From Octopus sinensis (Eukaryota), in NCBI RefSeq assembly GCF_006345805.1, contig NC_042997.1:119598001-119662000 (forward strand): DNA of 64,000 nt, given 5' to 3'. Below, one piece after another: positions 27,201 to 39,900 of this stretch (its first letter is position 1; each line of letters begins with the position of its first letter). The notes under the pieces are model-generated. The model had not been told where the DNA came from. It saw only the letters and a program-made list of their open reading frames with translations, and made no database searches. Made by a program: the position numbers and the translations under genes.

Positions 27201-30059
27201 ATCGGCTGGAAAATAATTAATGATCCATGAATTTGAGATAAAAAAAAAAATACGCTGCACTTGTTATTCGCCAAAAAAACGACAGAATGAATGATTTGCT
27301 ATTCGCCAGTATCATATCGTTTCTTTCACAGATTTCTTGTATACACAAACACACACTTTTAATGCGATCTCATACCTTCAGATGAAATCACTGCTTTATG
27401 TAAAAAACAGTCTTCAGTCTACAATATATAAGCTGAGGCAATGTAAATTAAATATGATGTTTGTACAGTATACTTTTTTTCATTGAATTTACCCACAAGG
27501 GATCATTGTGGCATACGTTCCTTTCCCTCTTGATCTTCAGCCAGAATGGTTAAGATATTCGTGAGGGGAGGGCATCTCCTTTATGGAAATATTTACCCAC
27601 CTCATCTCCCGGTGTAATATCTGTGGACAGGAAAATACTGGCTCGCACACACAAATTTTCCTGCTATATTGAAATTTATTGCTTAGTGAGGTGAATTCGT
27701 TCTTTAGAATAATTAACTTTCTATCTAGAGTTTTGCGTGAAGGTTCACCTTAGGATTTGGATATTGTTTTGGAATAAGATGTAATTATTAAGATGTGAAT
27801 TGATTTCACCACTTATAGTTTATTATAACCATTGCACATGTAAAACGGTAAAGAAGGCTGATGAAATTTTCTTCACGTTTTTTTTCGATTCATCTCGGCT
27901 ACATGCCTTTAGTAAATTCTAGGTATGCTTTAAGAGTGATAGAATTTGTGTATTTGAAGATCACAATAAACACCACTAATGACTTTCAGCTTGGAGGTAG
28001 TTGGCGTTTTCTTTAATTTTATTAACAATGGCCGGTTGCTCAACGTGATCTACTAACTTGGTTTTTCAAATGCTCAAAAATTTTCCAAGGGGAACATATT
28101 TGACAGTCATCTCTGTAGGATAAGTTACATGTGGAAATATATGTATGCATACGTATTCATATATGAGTGCATTATGTGCGAACGTATGTCTGTATGTATG
28201 TATGTATTGTTGTTCGTTTGAGCTATGTATCTGTAGATAGTTGTGAGTGTATTCGTGTGTCTGTTCATAAGGTTATTTAACATCATTTCGTATAGAATTC
28301 AGTAGATAAACAATAGATGATAGTTTATTGCATTCTGTCCTTGAATATCTAAATTTTCAGTCAATGATTTCAACCATTTCAAAGTATAGATATTGACGAT
28401 GTAGAAAAAACAGATTCAGGTTGAAGACCTTACCCTCAAAAACCAGATATGGCTTCTTTCAGTGGCTCGTTGTGTAGCTATACCTGTGGATGGGGCTTCG
28501 GAAATACGAATTTACTTTCCATTTAATTATGGCGTGATGTCTTCTAATCTGCGAAATTTTGGGCATTACATAAATGAACATAAAGATTTCTAAATCCAAT
28601 AAGAATTTGATCCGGATGAATGATTTTTATACCTGATAACACATCAAACATACCACATGTACGTAAATTAATACATACTCTATAAATAGTGGATGCATAA
28701 TATGATGTTACGCAAGCGTGATGCACGATTATTACTTTTTGTATTCATTTTCCTTTCTAACGTTCTTAATCAAAGATTAAAAATTTGTAACTCAAAATGT
28801 TGTCTAAAGTTTATTCAATAAACTACACAAGGAGAGAAAAAAATTTTTCTGATTATATGATGGCTTTATTAAGGATAGTCCAGGTATGGATTATGATATG
28901 AAACGTAGATAATACTATATTCTGAGAAGTTACCAGAAATCACATTGTATTTTAACATAGTTACATAAAGACATCCAAATGCATGATGGTGTAATAATTT
29001 AAATTAACTTCAAACAATTTCTGTAGTATTGATCTCATGTTGGATTTTAGTTGAGCTCTGAAGCCATTTGATACCAGTCTTTGTGTAATCACCCGTTCGA
29101 TATTTCCATTAAAAGACTATTGATTTTGTTTGCAATATTACTAAATACATGCTCGAACAAATACGCTATGTAAAAAATAATTTAAACATAAAATGTAACT
29201 GAAATAGTGTCTCCAATATTATGGAATTAATTAGAAGCTGGTCTAAAGTCTGTTTACTTGCTGAGGGTAGATTGTGATGACAAAGAAATAAATGTAATTA
29301 TTATTAAATAGAATGTGCTTCAGTTATGATGGGATAAAACCATAATACTTGAGTGGGGGGCGGATCATCTTCAGATGTCATTTAACATAATCAATGAGAG
29401 ATTACATAAACACTTCATCATTGTTAAATAATAAATTAAACAGCAAACCTCTCGTATTAGATTATGGCAGAGGAGTGTGGCATTTGAAATGAAGAGACTC
29501 AAATTCCAGCTAAACTGACGATTCTTAATGTTTCAAACAGTATGACAGTCTACGAATCAATAACTGGGAAACGCTGTACGTAGTTATATTTTGGTTTTAA
29601 AGAGGCAACATTCTATGTCATACTTAACAATAACCTACGTACCTACGTACGTACCTACCTACCTACCTACCTCACTCCCTACCTACCTACCTACCTACCT
29701 ACCTACCTCCCTACCTCCCTACCTCCCTACTTACCTACCTACCTACCTACCTACCTACCTACTTACATACCTACTACCTGCCTACAAACATACATACATA
29801 TCTATCTATCTATCTATCTATCTATCTGTGTGGTATCTAATTTTCTATTATGTATGTAAACACATATATATTAGTTTTTTTCTGGACTTTACCGTTTCCC
29901 ATACTGATGAAGAGTTAAGCTCGAGGCTTTACAAGCTTAAACATTGTCCCACTTTTCTTCAGCAGTAAAGTACTAGATTCCAAGTGTACGTCCACTCACT
30001 GTTTAGTTACTGCTAAATTTAATGTTCCATTCTTTGTTCAAGTTTCAATATTCGATCTA

Positions 30060-30110
<51 letters not shown>

Positions 30111-30187
30111 ATATATATATATATATATTATTATTGAATAGAAGAAATGGAGTTGAACGAAGATTGTACAGAATTCCTTTTATTACA

Positions 30188-30267
30188 TTCTACACATGTT
30201 TCAAAGGCCACAAATTTCCAAATTCTGATTAAATAAGGGTACCATACTGTGGCTTTGTCATCAGGAA
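30188..30267 (-). ncRNA. Type I hammerhead motif in the left arm, with a C/U mismatch at the base of stem II
   Basis: Reverse complement: TTC-CTGATGA-CAAAGCCACA..TGTGGCCTTT-GAAA-CATGTGTA-GAA. Confidence 0.55.
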
Positions 30268-30391
30268 ACAACAGGAATTCCGTTGACAGAACAAAACAGA
30301 ACAGAGGCGCAGCCATGGGCTCTTAAAGAGCCTCCTCGTTCGAATTGCTGCGCCTCTGTTCTGTTTTGTTCTGTCAACGAATTCCTGTTTT

Positions 30392-30470
30392 TTCCTGATG
30401 AGAAAGCCACAATATGGTACCTTATTTAATCAGAATTTGGAAATTTGTGGCCTTTGAAACATGTGTAGAA
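30392..30470 (+). ncRNA. Type I hammerhead motif; predicted cleavage after GUA at 30467
   Basis: TTC-CTGATGA-GAAAGCCACA..TGTGGCCTTT-GAAA-CATGTGT-A/GAA; stem III ACATGTGT is self-complementary with G-U pairs; proximal stem I is only 3 bp. Confidence 0.65.
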
Positions 30471-30678
30471 TATAATAAAAGGAATTCTGTACGATCTTCG
30501 TTCAACTCCATTTCTTCCATTCAATAATAATATTAAACTTCAATTATCCGCACCAACGCACGGTTGCAACACCAAATGGTCTTATCTCCAACCGTGTATT
30601 TTCTGCTGTGATTTTTGCTACCCAGGTATCGGTTAAACTTTTGAATAATCTGTAACAAGAAAATTCATCTTTCTATTT

Positions 30679-30742
<64 letters not shown>

Positions 30743-30754
30743 CATGAATGACAC

Positions 30755-32068
30755 GACAATGCACTATAATACCAATAATGGACTACAATAACTGTTATAA
30801 TATAATTATCCATAATCTGATATAATTATAATATTTCGGAATACAAAAGTTCGATCTTCATATATCACTAGGAATTGTTATAATCACTTCTACAATCGGT
30901 TTTCCAACGGTTACTGAATTTTTTCTTCCCGGAAGCGCCTCTGCAGTGGTCTCACGTAGCTCCTTCCGTAATTTCTCGTGGGAAGTGCTTCTGCGCCATG
31001 TTTCAAACTCGAATGTGTTGGCACATCCGCAGCGCTGCTTCTAGTTATGGATTATATGTGCAGTTTCTTTTTTTCCTTCTTTTTTAAAAAACAATATTAC
31101 ATGGGTATGGTATCAAAAATGAACCTACGCGCATCCAGAGGTAGCTAAATAATATATTGATTGCCAGCTTCTAGCCTGCTGTTAATTTGGGGCCCTTGTC
31201 TGCCGATGAGGATTTTATTTTAATTTTCGCCCTTTTTTAAAGATTAGCTAGGCTCATGGGCCCGGCTTCCCGGTTTCTATGGCGTATGTGTTCCCCTGCT
31301 GGACGGGACGCCAACCATCGCAGCGTTACTCATTTTTGCCAGCTTGGAGCAACGTGAAATGCAGTGTTTTGCTCAAGACCAAAACGCGTCGCCCGGTCCA
31401 GGAATCGAAACCACAATCTTACGATCATGATGCTGACATCCTAACCACTAAGCCACGCGCCTCCACTGTCTATGATGATAACTTCTTTAATTTTAAGATT
31501 ACTCAAATTTCTTCAATTGGCCTCAACTGTTATGCTCAACTGTTGGTGTTCCGGCATCTGTCTAGATGTTTTCTGAAGGAGGAGGTTTTCGCGTTCAGAT
31601 GTTCTTTGATGCGTAACGGTCATGTTGTGCTACCCACATAGATCTTGTTCCAGTTGTTACATTGTATTCTATACACATTTACCCGTGTGCATACATCTGT
31701 GTCACGGAAGGGGCAGTTAGCTAGCGTGCATTCATTGTTGACCCTTGATCGTTTCTATTCAAGTATGATACACAAATTAGAAAGAGCGCAGCGAATATGG
31801 CCACACACACACACAAGTTTGAGACATGGCCACTCACGCACTTCTCATGACGAATTCCGGAAGGAGATTCGTGAAACAACAACAGAGAGACGCTTCCGAA
31901 AAAAAAATTAGTAACCATTGGAAAACCGATTCTAGCAATGACTGGAACAATTCCTAGCGATATCTGAAGAAGGAAATTTTGTATTCCGAAATATAATAAT
32001 TATATCAGATTATGGATAACTAAATTATAACAGTTATTATAGTCCTTTGTTGTTATAGTTCATTGTTG
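30755..32068. repeat. Long imperfect inverted repeat (about 310-bp arms at about 30755-31075 and 31770-32068)
   Basis: ggactacaataactgttataat..tccataatctgatataat..tttcggaatacaaaa..ctaggaattgtt..aatcggttttccaacggttact is mirrored at 31900-32050. Confidence 0.75.
31225..31467 (-). mobile_element. tRNA-derived SINE inside the inverted-repeat spacer
   Basis: Minus head gtggaggcgcgtggcttagtggttagg..ggtttcgattcc. Confidence 0.8.
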
Positions 32069-32739
32069 AGCCATTTAAGACACATTTTATTTTACAAATA
32101 AAACACAATGCTTAAAGCGAACTACAATACATACATATATACATATACACTAGAAGAAGGAAAATACACGCAACTTTTAAATGTTTAATATATTTAATTA
32201 TATTTTCAAAAATAGATTATTGAAATAGTCGACCAGTTTTGCGTTTTGTTAATCATGACATTGAAACTGGTGAAAATATTGCAATTTCATATTTTTCTTA
32301 AGAATCTTTTAGTCTATGTTGTTTGTATTAGAGTTTGTTTGTAAATGAATCAGCATGTAGTAGTAGGGGAGGTAATTGGTGATTGTTATTATTCAAGACA
32401 GGGGAGGTAATTGCACTCTGGGAGAGTAAACTTATATGTACACTCATGTTAAAGTAGTGACATCAAGAAAGCATACGTATGTGTTTATGAAAAATGCGTC
32501 ATGGTTTCATATTCAAACGTGGTTTGTATTTTTCAGTATTTTCTTTATTTAATGACTCTTATATAGATGGGGGAAACCGTGAAGTTTGGTTGGAGACTCT
32601 CTGCTCACCTCTCTATGTGTTTAGTCAATAGTATCTGTCTATATCTGGGGAAACGGATCTGTTCCTTATGCAGTGTAGGTCTCCGTCAAATTATACACAC
32701 TCACAAACACACATATTTATATATTTGGCCAATTCTCAA

Positions 32740-33060
32740 TAGGAACGTCCATTGGGACGCCATTCTTGCGCGTCAAAGAAAACTGAAAGGCAATCTGAAG
32801 CAATGTATCATACCCATTCGCTTCCAGGGAAGACAAAGCATCAGAACCTGGCAACAGTCCTGCTTCTATTCAGTTCAACGATTTGAGCATAGTCGACTCC
32901 AACATCGGGACCAACTTCGTGCAATCATGAAGGCACGCCGGCAAAGCACAGTCCGTCTAAATGGAAACCTTAGTAGTTATTTTGGCTTTGTGGCACGCAG
33001 CAAAGCAGGCCTTGCCCTTGCTGCCCAATCAAGTAAACACGTAGTAAATGCTCCACAGAC
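32740..33060 (+). mobile_element. Possible very decayed LINE RT fragment
   Basis: STVRLNGNLSSYF...KAGLALA loosely resembles RT motifs 3a/4 (V.LNG.LS..F....GV.QGC.LAP). Confidence 0.3.
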
Positions 33061-33214
33061 ACTGGAGCAAACTGTATCTTCGAGTTCTCCCATATTTGCC
33101 AAAAGATTTGCTAAGAATCAGCAGACCTCAAGAAAACATTCATGTCTATAGAACGTGGTTACCACTTTATCTTATTGAAACTTCATTTATCGTTCACGAC
33201 AAGAGAATCCATAT

Positions 33215-33216
33215 AT

Positions 33217-33254
<38 letters not shown>

Positions 33255-33475
33255 AACCACCACCACCACCTTACCACTACATCTACTACTACTGCATCTA
33301 CTATTATTACTACTACTACTACCACAACCACCACCTTACCACTACATCTACTACTACTGCATCCACTATTATTACTACTACTACCACTACCAGCACCACC
33401 GCCACTGCCACCACCACCACCACCACCACCACCACTACTAATACTACAACTAAAACAATAACAACAACTAATAAT
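33215..33475. repeat. (TAC)n/(CAC)n compound microsatellite
   Basis: Direct reading. Confidence 0.95.
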
Positions 33476-33687
33476 AAATCACAAAACCAAAAATAAACAC
33501 GATTTTGACGGCTCTATTTCAAAATTATGATGCTATGATGCTTGGTGTTTCCATTATTTTGTTCAACCCCTGTATATAGATCCATATATTTACACACATA
33601 CATACACGCGCACAATCACACTCACAGTGACGCACACATCTACAACGGTCTCCACAACAAACAACTTGACCCATGCATGAATATATA

Positions 33688-33917
33688 TACTCTTTTACTC
33701 TTTTACTTGTTTCAGTCATTTCACTGCGGCCATGCTGGAGCACCGCCTTTAGTCGAGCAAATCGACCCCAGGACTTATTCCTTGTAAGCCCAGTACTTAT
33801 TCATCAGTCTCTTTTGCCGAACCGCAAAGTAACGGGGACATAAACACACCAGCATCGGTTGTCAAGCAATGCTAGGGGGACAAACACAGACACACAAACA
33901 CACACATATATATATAT

Positions 33918-33949
<32 letters not shown>
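33688..33949 (-). mobile_element. 3' half of a SINE interrupted by the Helitron
   Basis: Matches 41700-41945 of the uninterrupted copy. Confidence 0.85.
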
Positions 33950-33950
<1 letters not shown>

Positions 33951-36900
33951 CTATATATAAACGGCAGTTTGTCTGTGCGTGCTTCTGTGTGTCTGTTTTC
34001 TCGTACCCTCACCCTCACCACGGCTTTCAACCGATTCTGATGAAACTTGACACACACATAGCCCAATGTCATAATTCAAAACTAACGCAGCGAAAATTTT
34101 GAAAAGTTCCCCCAGTTCTGAAAACAATTGATAAATTCGACATGGGGTCGAGAATCATAAACACGAACCACAGACTGTCTAGGGGGCGCAACTCGAGAAT
34201 CTAAGCTTTTTTTATGCAACGCATTATCTATGGTAGTTTTCACAACTTGCAATCGATTTTCACCAAACTCATGGTGAAGCTTAATGTTACCCTAAGAAAC
34301 TCAATTCTGACGTTAGTTTTCCATGCAATACCTTACCATCAGAAACAATCGATAAAATCATGCCATTTTGGGAAATCGCGTTCAAATTCAAGATGACATA
34401 TTTTCGACAATATCTTTCACGAATTGGCAGGAATCTTTTTTTTTTTCACAACGAGCATCATGTCTGCTCCAAGGAGCTATATAGCCCTTTTTATTCCAAT
34501 AGGATACATTATTGGAAAAAATCGGTTAATTTAATCATATGTGGCACACATAGCAAACAAATTTGTGTATTAAACACAAACCAGACTGTCTAGGGGACGC
34601 AACTTGACCTTTTTAGCTATCGATAATTCGATCCAACCAATTCCTACCAGGAAGAAATTACATTCGAGACTTTACCCCCAACACCGCCACTTCGGCTAAT
34701 AGCTGCTGCAGCCGCAAGTTATTCGAATACTTTTTTTGTTTAAACTTTCTTTATAACTACCACCCCAAACGTTTTACCTTCAATTTTTGACGTACCCTAA
34801 CGGTCCTCGGACGCTACTTGCAAACTCTTGGTTATTATAAACCACTTTTGTCGTGTGCATCAAAAAACTTTTCCTTTCGTTTGTTCAGTTTGATCACTTT
34901 TGACTTTTTCGTTGTTGTCACTCACATTGCTGCCAGCTTTTTGGCCGTTTTTGTACATTTTTATACATTTTCGGATACTTACCCCACGAGCTCCTTTTTA
35001 TTACACCTTTACCAAACACATTGCTATCCACCAAAATACTTACCCCACGTGTTCCTTTTTATTACACCTTTGCCAAACACATTGCTATCCACCAAAATGC
35101 CACCCAAGAAGAGAAGGACCCTCCTCAGCCCTCGGACGGCCAAGGCATCGACTGCTAGGGCTAGAAGGGCACGCGACACCCACGAGGAAACCGCCTTGCG
35201 CCTCTCGCAAACAGCTTCCCGTTATGCCGCTGCTCAGGCATCTGAAACTACTAGCGACCGTTCTACCCGACTTGCAAGGGTCGCAGCGTACAGATCTTCC
35301 CTCCGCTCGGGGTTGACGAAAGAGCAACAGTCCAGCCAAAACATGCGGGCTTCTTACTGTGCTTCCATCCGCAGAGCTCGCGAGAACCCCGAACAAAGGG
35401 CCATTCGGAATGCGGCTAACGCCACTAGCACCGCCGGGACACGATCTGTCGAAACCTCACAGCAGAGGAGAACTCGCCAAGATGCTGACGCCGCAAACAA
35501 AGCCATGGCCAAAGCTGCCGAAACACCTCAACAGAGGAGAGCTCGCCAAGCTGCTAACGCCGCAAACACAGCCAGGGCTCGATCTGCCGAAACTCCACAC
35601 CAACGGACTATTCGGACATCCAGACATGCCATTAACACTGCTTCTGCTAGGGCTTCAGAGGGTGCTGAGGCGAGAGCTGAAAGGCTTCCAAGGGATGCCA
35701 CTGCTACCGCTGTCGCACGTGCATCTGAATCTGCTGAGGCACGGTGCACTCGACTTGAGAGTATCAACAAACGTCGGGATATCATTCGTGGTGTACGTAC
35801 CCCTGCCCCCGCTTTCTGGTTGTCACTAGCATTCAACTACGACGCCACAATTAACTTCTCCTTGCGTGACGACATCAAGATAGGGTCAATGACAATTGTA
35901 TGCCAATTTTGCAAAGCCAAGAAATGGCCCGGAGAGCCACCTGGTTTGTGCTGCTCTGGTGGCAAAGTGGACCTGCCACCCCTACGGGAACCACCTCAAC
36001 CACTGAAGGATCTCGCGGTGGGTTTAACCCCCGATTCGTCACAATTCCTTGAAATAATTCGAAAGTACAACTGCTCATTCCAAATGACCTCTTTCGGGGC
36101 CAACATTCCTCCCAGAGAAGGCTGGATGCCTACTTTCAAAGTGCAGGGACAGGTCTACCATCTTATTGGGTCACTTCTGCCAGACGAGATTCAGCAGTCT
36201 TCTTTCCTCCAAATATACTTCATTGCCGACTACAACCACCAGGTTGATGCACGCCTTGGAATAATACCGGGTACAGGCTATGTTCCCCGCAAAGACATTC
36301 TTCTCCGTCTCCAAACCATGCTTCATGATATCAACAGCTACGTCTGCAGCTTCAGATATGCCTTGGACAGTGCTCCATCTCCAAACTTCACCGTTGTCAT
36401 TGATGCTGATAAACGACCCCACGGGGAGCACGAACGCCGTTTCAACGCACCTGCGTGCAACGAAATTGCCGCAGTCATACACGGAGAGCAACACAACAGC
36501 CGTGACATAATCATCTCCTCCCGTGGTAACAACCTACACAGGATCAGCGAGACTCACAGATCTTATGACGCGCTTCAGTATCCATTGCTTTTCCCTTATG
36601 GGGAAGACGGCTACCACTTCGGAATTCCTTTACGGCAGCCCTCCAATGAAACTACTGCGGCATCAAAGACGGTTTCCTGCAGAGCGTTCTACTCATACCG
36701 GTTCATGGTCAGGGAGGGTGAGTTCAACTTATTGCCCCGTTGTCGTCAGCTATGCAACCAGTTCGCCGTCGACATGGCCGCAAAAATGGAATCGGAAAGG
36801 CTGCTATACATTAAACTTAATCAGACCAAACTTCGCTCCGACTCCTACATTCATCTCCGTGACGGTTTGCAACAAGAAAATGACCCTCGCAACATCGGCA

Positions 36901-39900
36901 AGCCATGCATTCTACCCTCCAACTTCACGGGAGGACCGCGATATATGTGTGAAAGGACCCAAGACGCCTTGACCTACGTGCGCATTTACGGCCGGCCGGA
37001 CCTCTTTATCACCTACACGTGCAATCCCAGCTGCGACGAAATCACTCGCGAACTCCTCCCGGGTCAATCTCACACCCATCGACACGACATCGTTGCTAGG
37101 GTTTTCCGTCTGAATTTGGGCAAAATAAAGGATTTGATAGTTAAGGGTCAGATTTTCGGGCATGTCAGGTGCCACATGTTTTCGGTCGAGTGGCAAAAGA
37201 GGGGCTTGCCACATGCTCACATCTTAATTTGGCTCACTCATAAAATCGAGACTAATGACATTGACAAACTCATTTCCGCCGAGATTCCTGACCCCGATGA
37301 GGACCCCGGACTCTACGAAATTGTCCGCACTACCATGGTACACGGGCCCTGTGGACCAAATTACGCCAACACACCATGCTACAAAAACGGATTAGCCTGC
37401 TCAAAGGGATTCCCTAAACGGTTCACTTTGGAGACTCAAACAGGCGGCGATGGGTATCCGCTGTACAAACGAAGGAGTCCAGCCAATGGAGGCCGCACGA
37501 TTACGGTTGGGCGACATCAAGTGGACGACAGCTACATTGTCCCCTACTGTCCTCTCCTGTCGAAGATATTCAAAGCCCACGTCAACGTTGAGTTCTGCAG
37601 CTCCATCAGGTCAATACAATATGTCTGCAAATATATCAACAAAGGCAGCGATGCTGCCATGTTCAGCATCCAGAGGACCACCAGTCGCGACGAAGTGTCC
37701 AACTACTTGGCTGGCCGGTACCTCAGCAGCAACGAAGCGTTTCGGCGCATTTACGGCTTCCCGCTCCATCAGAGACACCCGGCTGTGGTGCAGCTTGCTG
37801 TACACTTGGAAAATGGACAGCGGATTTACTTCTCAGAGCAAAGTGCTGTGCAGATAGCCACCAGCCCTAAAGACACAGCGTTGGCTGGTTTCTTCAAATT
37901 ATGCCAACGTGATGACTTCGCTCGAACGCTTTTGTACCCACAGGTCCCATCGTACTTCGTGTGGTCTAAAAACACCTGGGTTCGACGGAAATCCGGCAAA
38001 AACGTCGAAAGCTTCCCAGGCGTCAAGTTTGACGCCTGCCTGGGTCGAGTTTACAACATCCCGCCAAACCAGCAAGAATGCTTCTACCTCCGTCTCCTTC
38101 TACATGAGGTCACTGGTCCAACAGGTTTCGCCAATATACGTACCGTCAATGGGGTTCTGTGCGACACCTTCAGGGAAGCATGTATGAGACTTGGCCTTCT
38201 AGAGGATGACTCCCAGTGGGACGCCACGATGGCAGAGGGTGCTTTACTGCAAACGCATTCGGCCCTACGACATCTTTTCGCAATCCTTCTTCAAAAATGT
38301 CAGCTTAGTGATCCACTAAGTCTCTGGATGAAATACAGGGATGACATGTCGCACGACTTCTTACGTACGGCTCAGCAACACTGCCCTTCCGCCGAGATCA
38401 CGTTCACCAACTTCATTTACAATTTTGCGCTCATTCAACTCGAAGACGCTGTCATCGATATGGGTGGGTCTGCTTTAACAGAGTACGGCCTTCCACCACC
38501 CACACGTGAACACGCCAATGTTATGTCTGCTGAATTGTTACGCGAAACTTCCTACTGCATTGAGGAACTGCACCAGTACGTCCAAGATAATGAACCACGG
38601 CTGCTTCCAGACCAGCGCATAGCCTACAACACCATCGTAGATTCTGTCAGACAGCAACGTGGGGGGATTTTCTTCCTTGATGCACCCGGCGGCACTGGCA
38701 AAACCTTCGTCACTAAACTAATTCTGGCAGAGGTCAGACGCAACACGGACATTGCCCTGGCTGTAGCTTCCTCTGGTATCGCGGCCACGTTGCTTCCGGG
38801 TGGCAGAACCGCCCACTCTGCCTTCAGACTCCCGCTCGATCTGGCAAAGTCCGAGTCACCTATCTGCAACATCGCCAAGAACTCAGAACAGGCCGACATT
38901 CTGCACAGATGCAAACTCATCGTATGGGACGAGTGCACTATGGCACACAAAGGCGCCCTTGAGGCACTGGACAGGTCCCTGCAAGACATCAGAGACTCTA
39001 CGGCCCCCATGGGAGGATTAACTTTACTTCTTTCAGGAGACTTCAGGCAGACTCTACCTGTTATTCCAAAAGGAACCCGTGCCGATGCCGTGCGCGCGTG
39101 CCTTAAGTCGTCAGCTCTTTGGGCACATGTGCGGCCCTTGCACCTCCAAACTAACATGCGCGCGCAGTTAATTGGTGACAGCGGATCCGCTGCATTCTCC
39201 AGGGACCTCTTATCGCTCGGTGAAAATAGGATGCTGTCTGATGCGGATGGCTACGTTCAATTGGACTCACTTTGCACCATTGTCGACACCCCTGCTAGCC
39301 TCCGGGACGCTGTCTTCCACGACCTACAAAACAATTTACGCGACCTAAAATGGCTGGCAGGCAGAGCTATTCTCGCACCCAAAAATACAACCGTCAACTC
39401 CATCAATATCCAGCTACTTGAAGCTATTCCTGGTGATGTCCACGTCTACAAATCTATAGATAGGACAGCAGACCCCGCCCAGCTTGCCGATTATCCTGTT
39501 GAATTCCTGAATTCACTTGAACCGCCAGGCCTGCCACCACACATCCTGAAGTTAAAAGTCGGTGCGCCCATTATGCTCATCAGGAATTTGGTTCCACCTA
39601 AACAGTGCAACGGCACACGTTTGGTTGTGAAACATTTGGCACCACATTTAATAACGGCCACAATACTTACCGGCTGTGGGAAGGGAGAGGACGTCTTCAT
39701 TCCACCGTCGGGCGCTGACCTACCAATCCACTTCAGTCGTTCTCAGTTTCCTGTTAAACTCTGCTTCGCAATGTCCATCAATAAATCCCAAGGCCAAACG
39801 CTACAAGTCGCTGGGTTACATTTGGGCGAACAGTGCTTCGCCCACGGTCAACTCTACGTGGGCTGTTCACGCGTTGGGAGGCGCAATGATGTTTTCATGT

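Larger units (their letters stand above)
30124..30533. mobile_element. About 410-bp fold-back element (about 190-bp arms, 33-bp spacer) with a hammerhead in each arm
   Basis: 30124-30313 is the near reverse complement of 30347-30533. Confidence 0.85.

Noticed and set aside
34818-35096. 93-aa N-terminal extension of the Helitron ORF
   Set aside because: It starts at TTG, is low-complexity and spans a tandem duplication; the ATG of MPPKKRR at 35097 is the more plausible start
34900-39700. Overlapping alternative-frame and antisense ORFs within the Helitron
   Set aside because: Expected shadow ORFs of a GC-rich coding sequence; no recognisable domains
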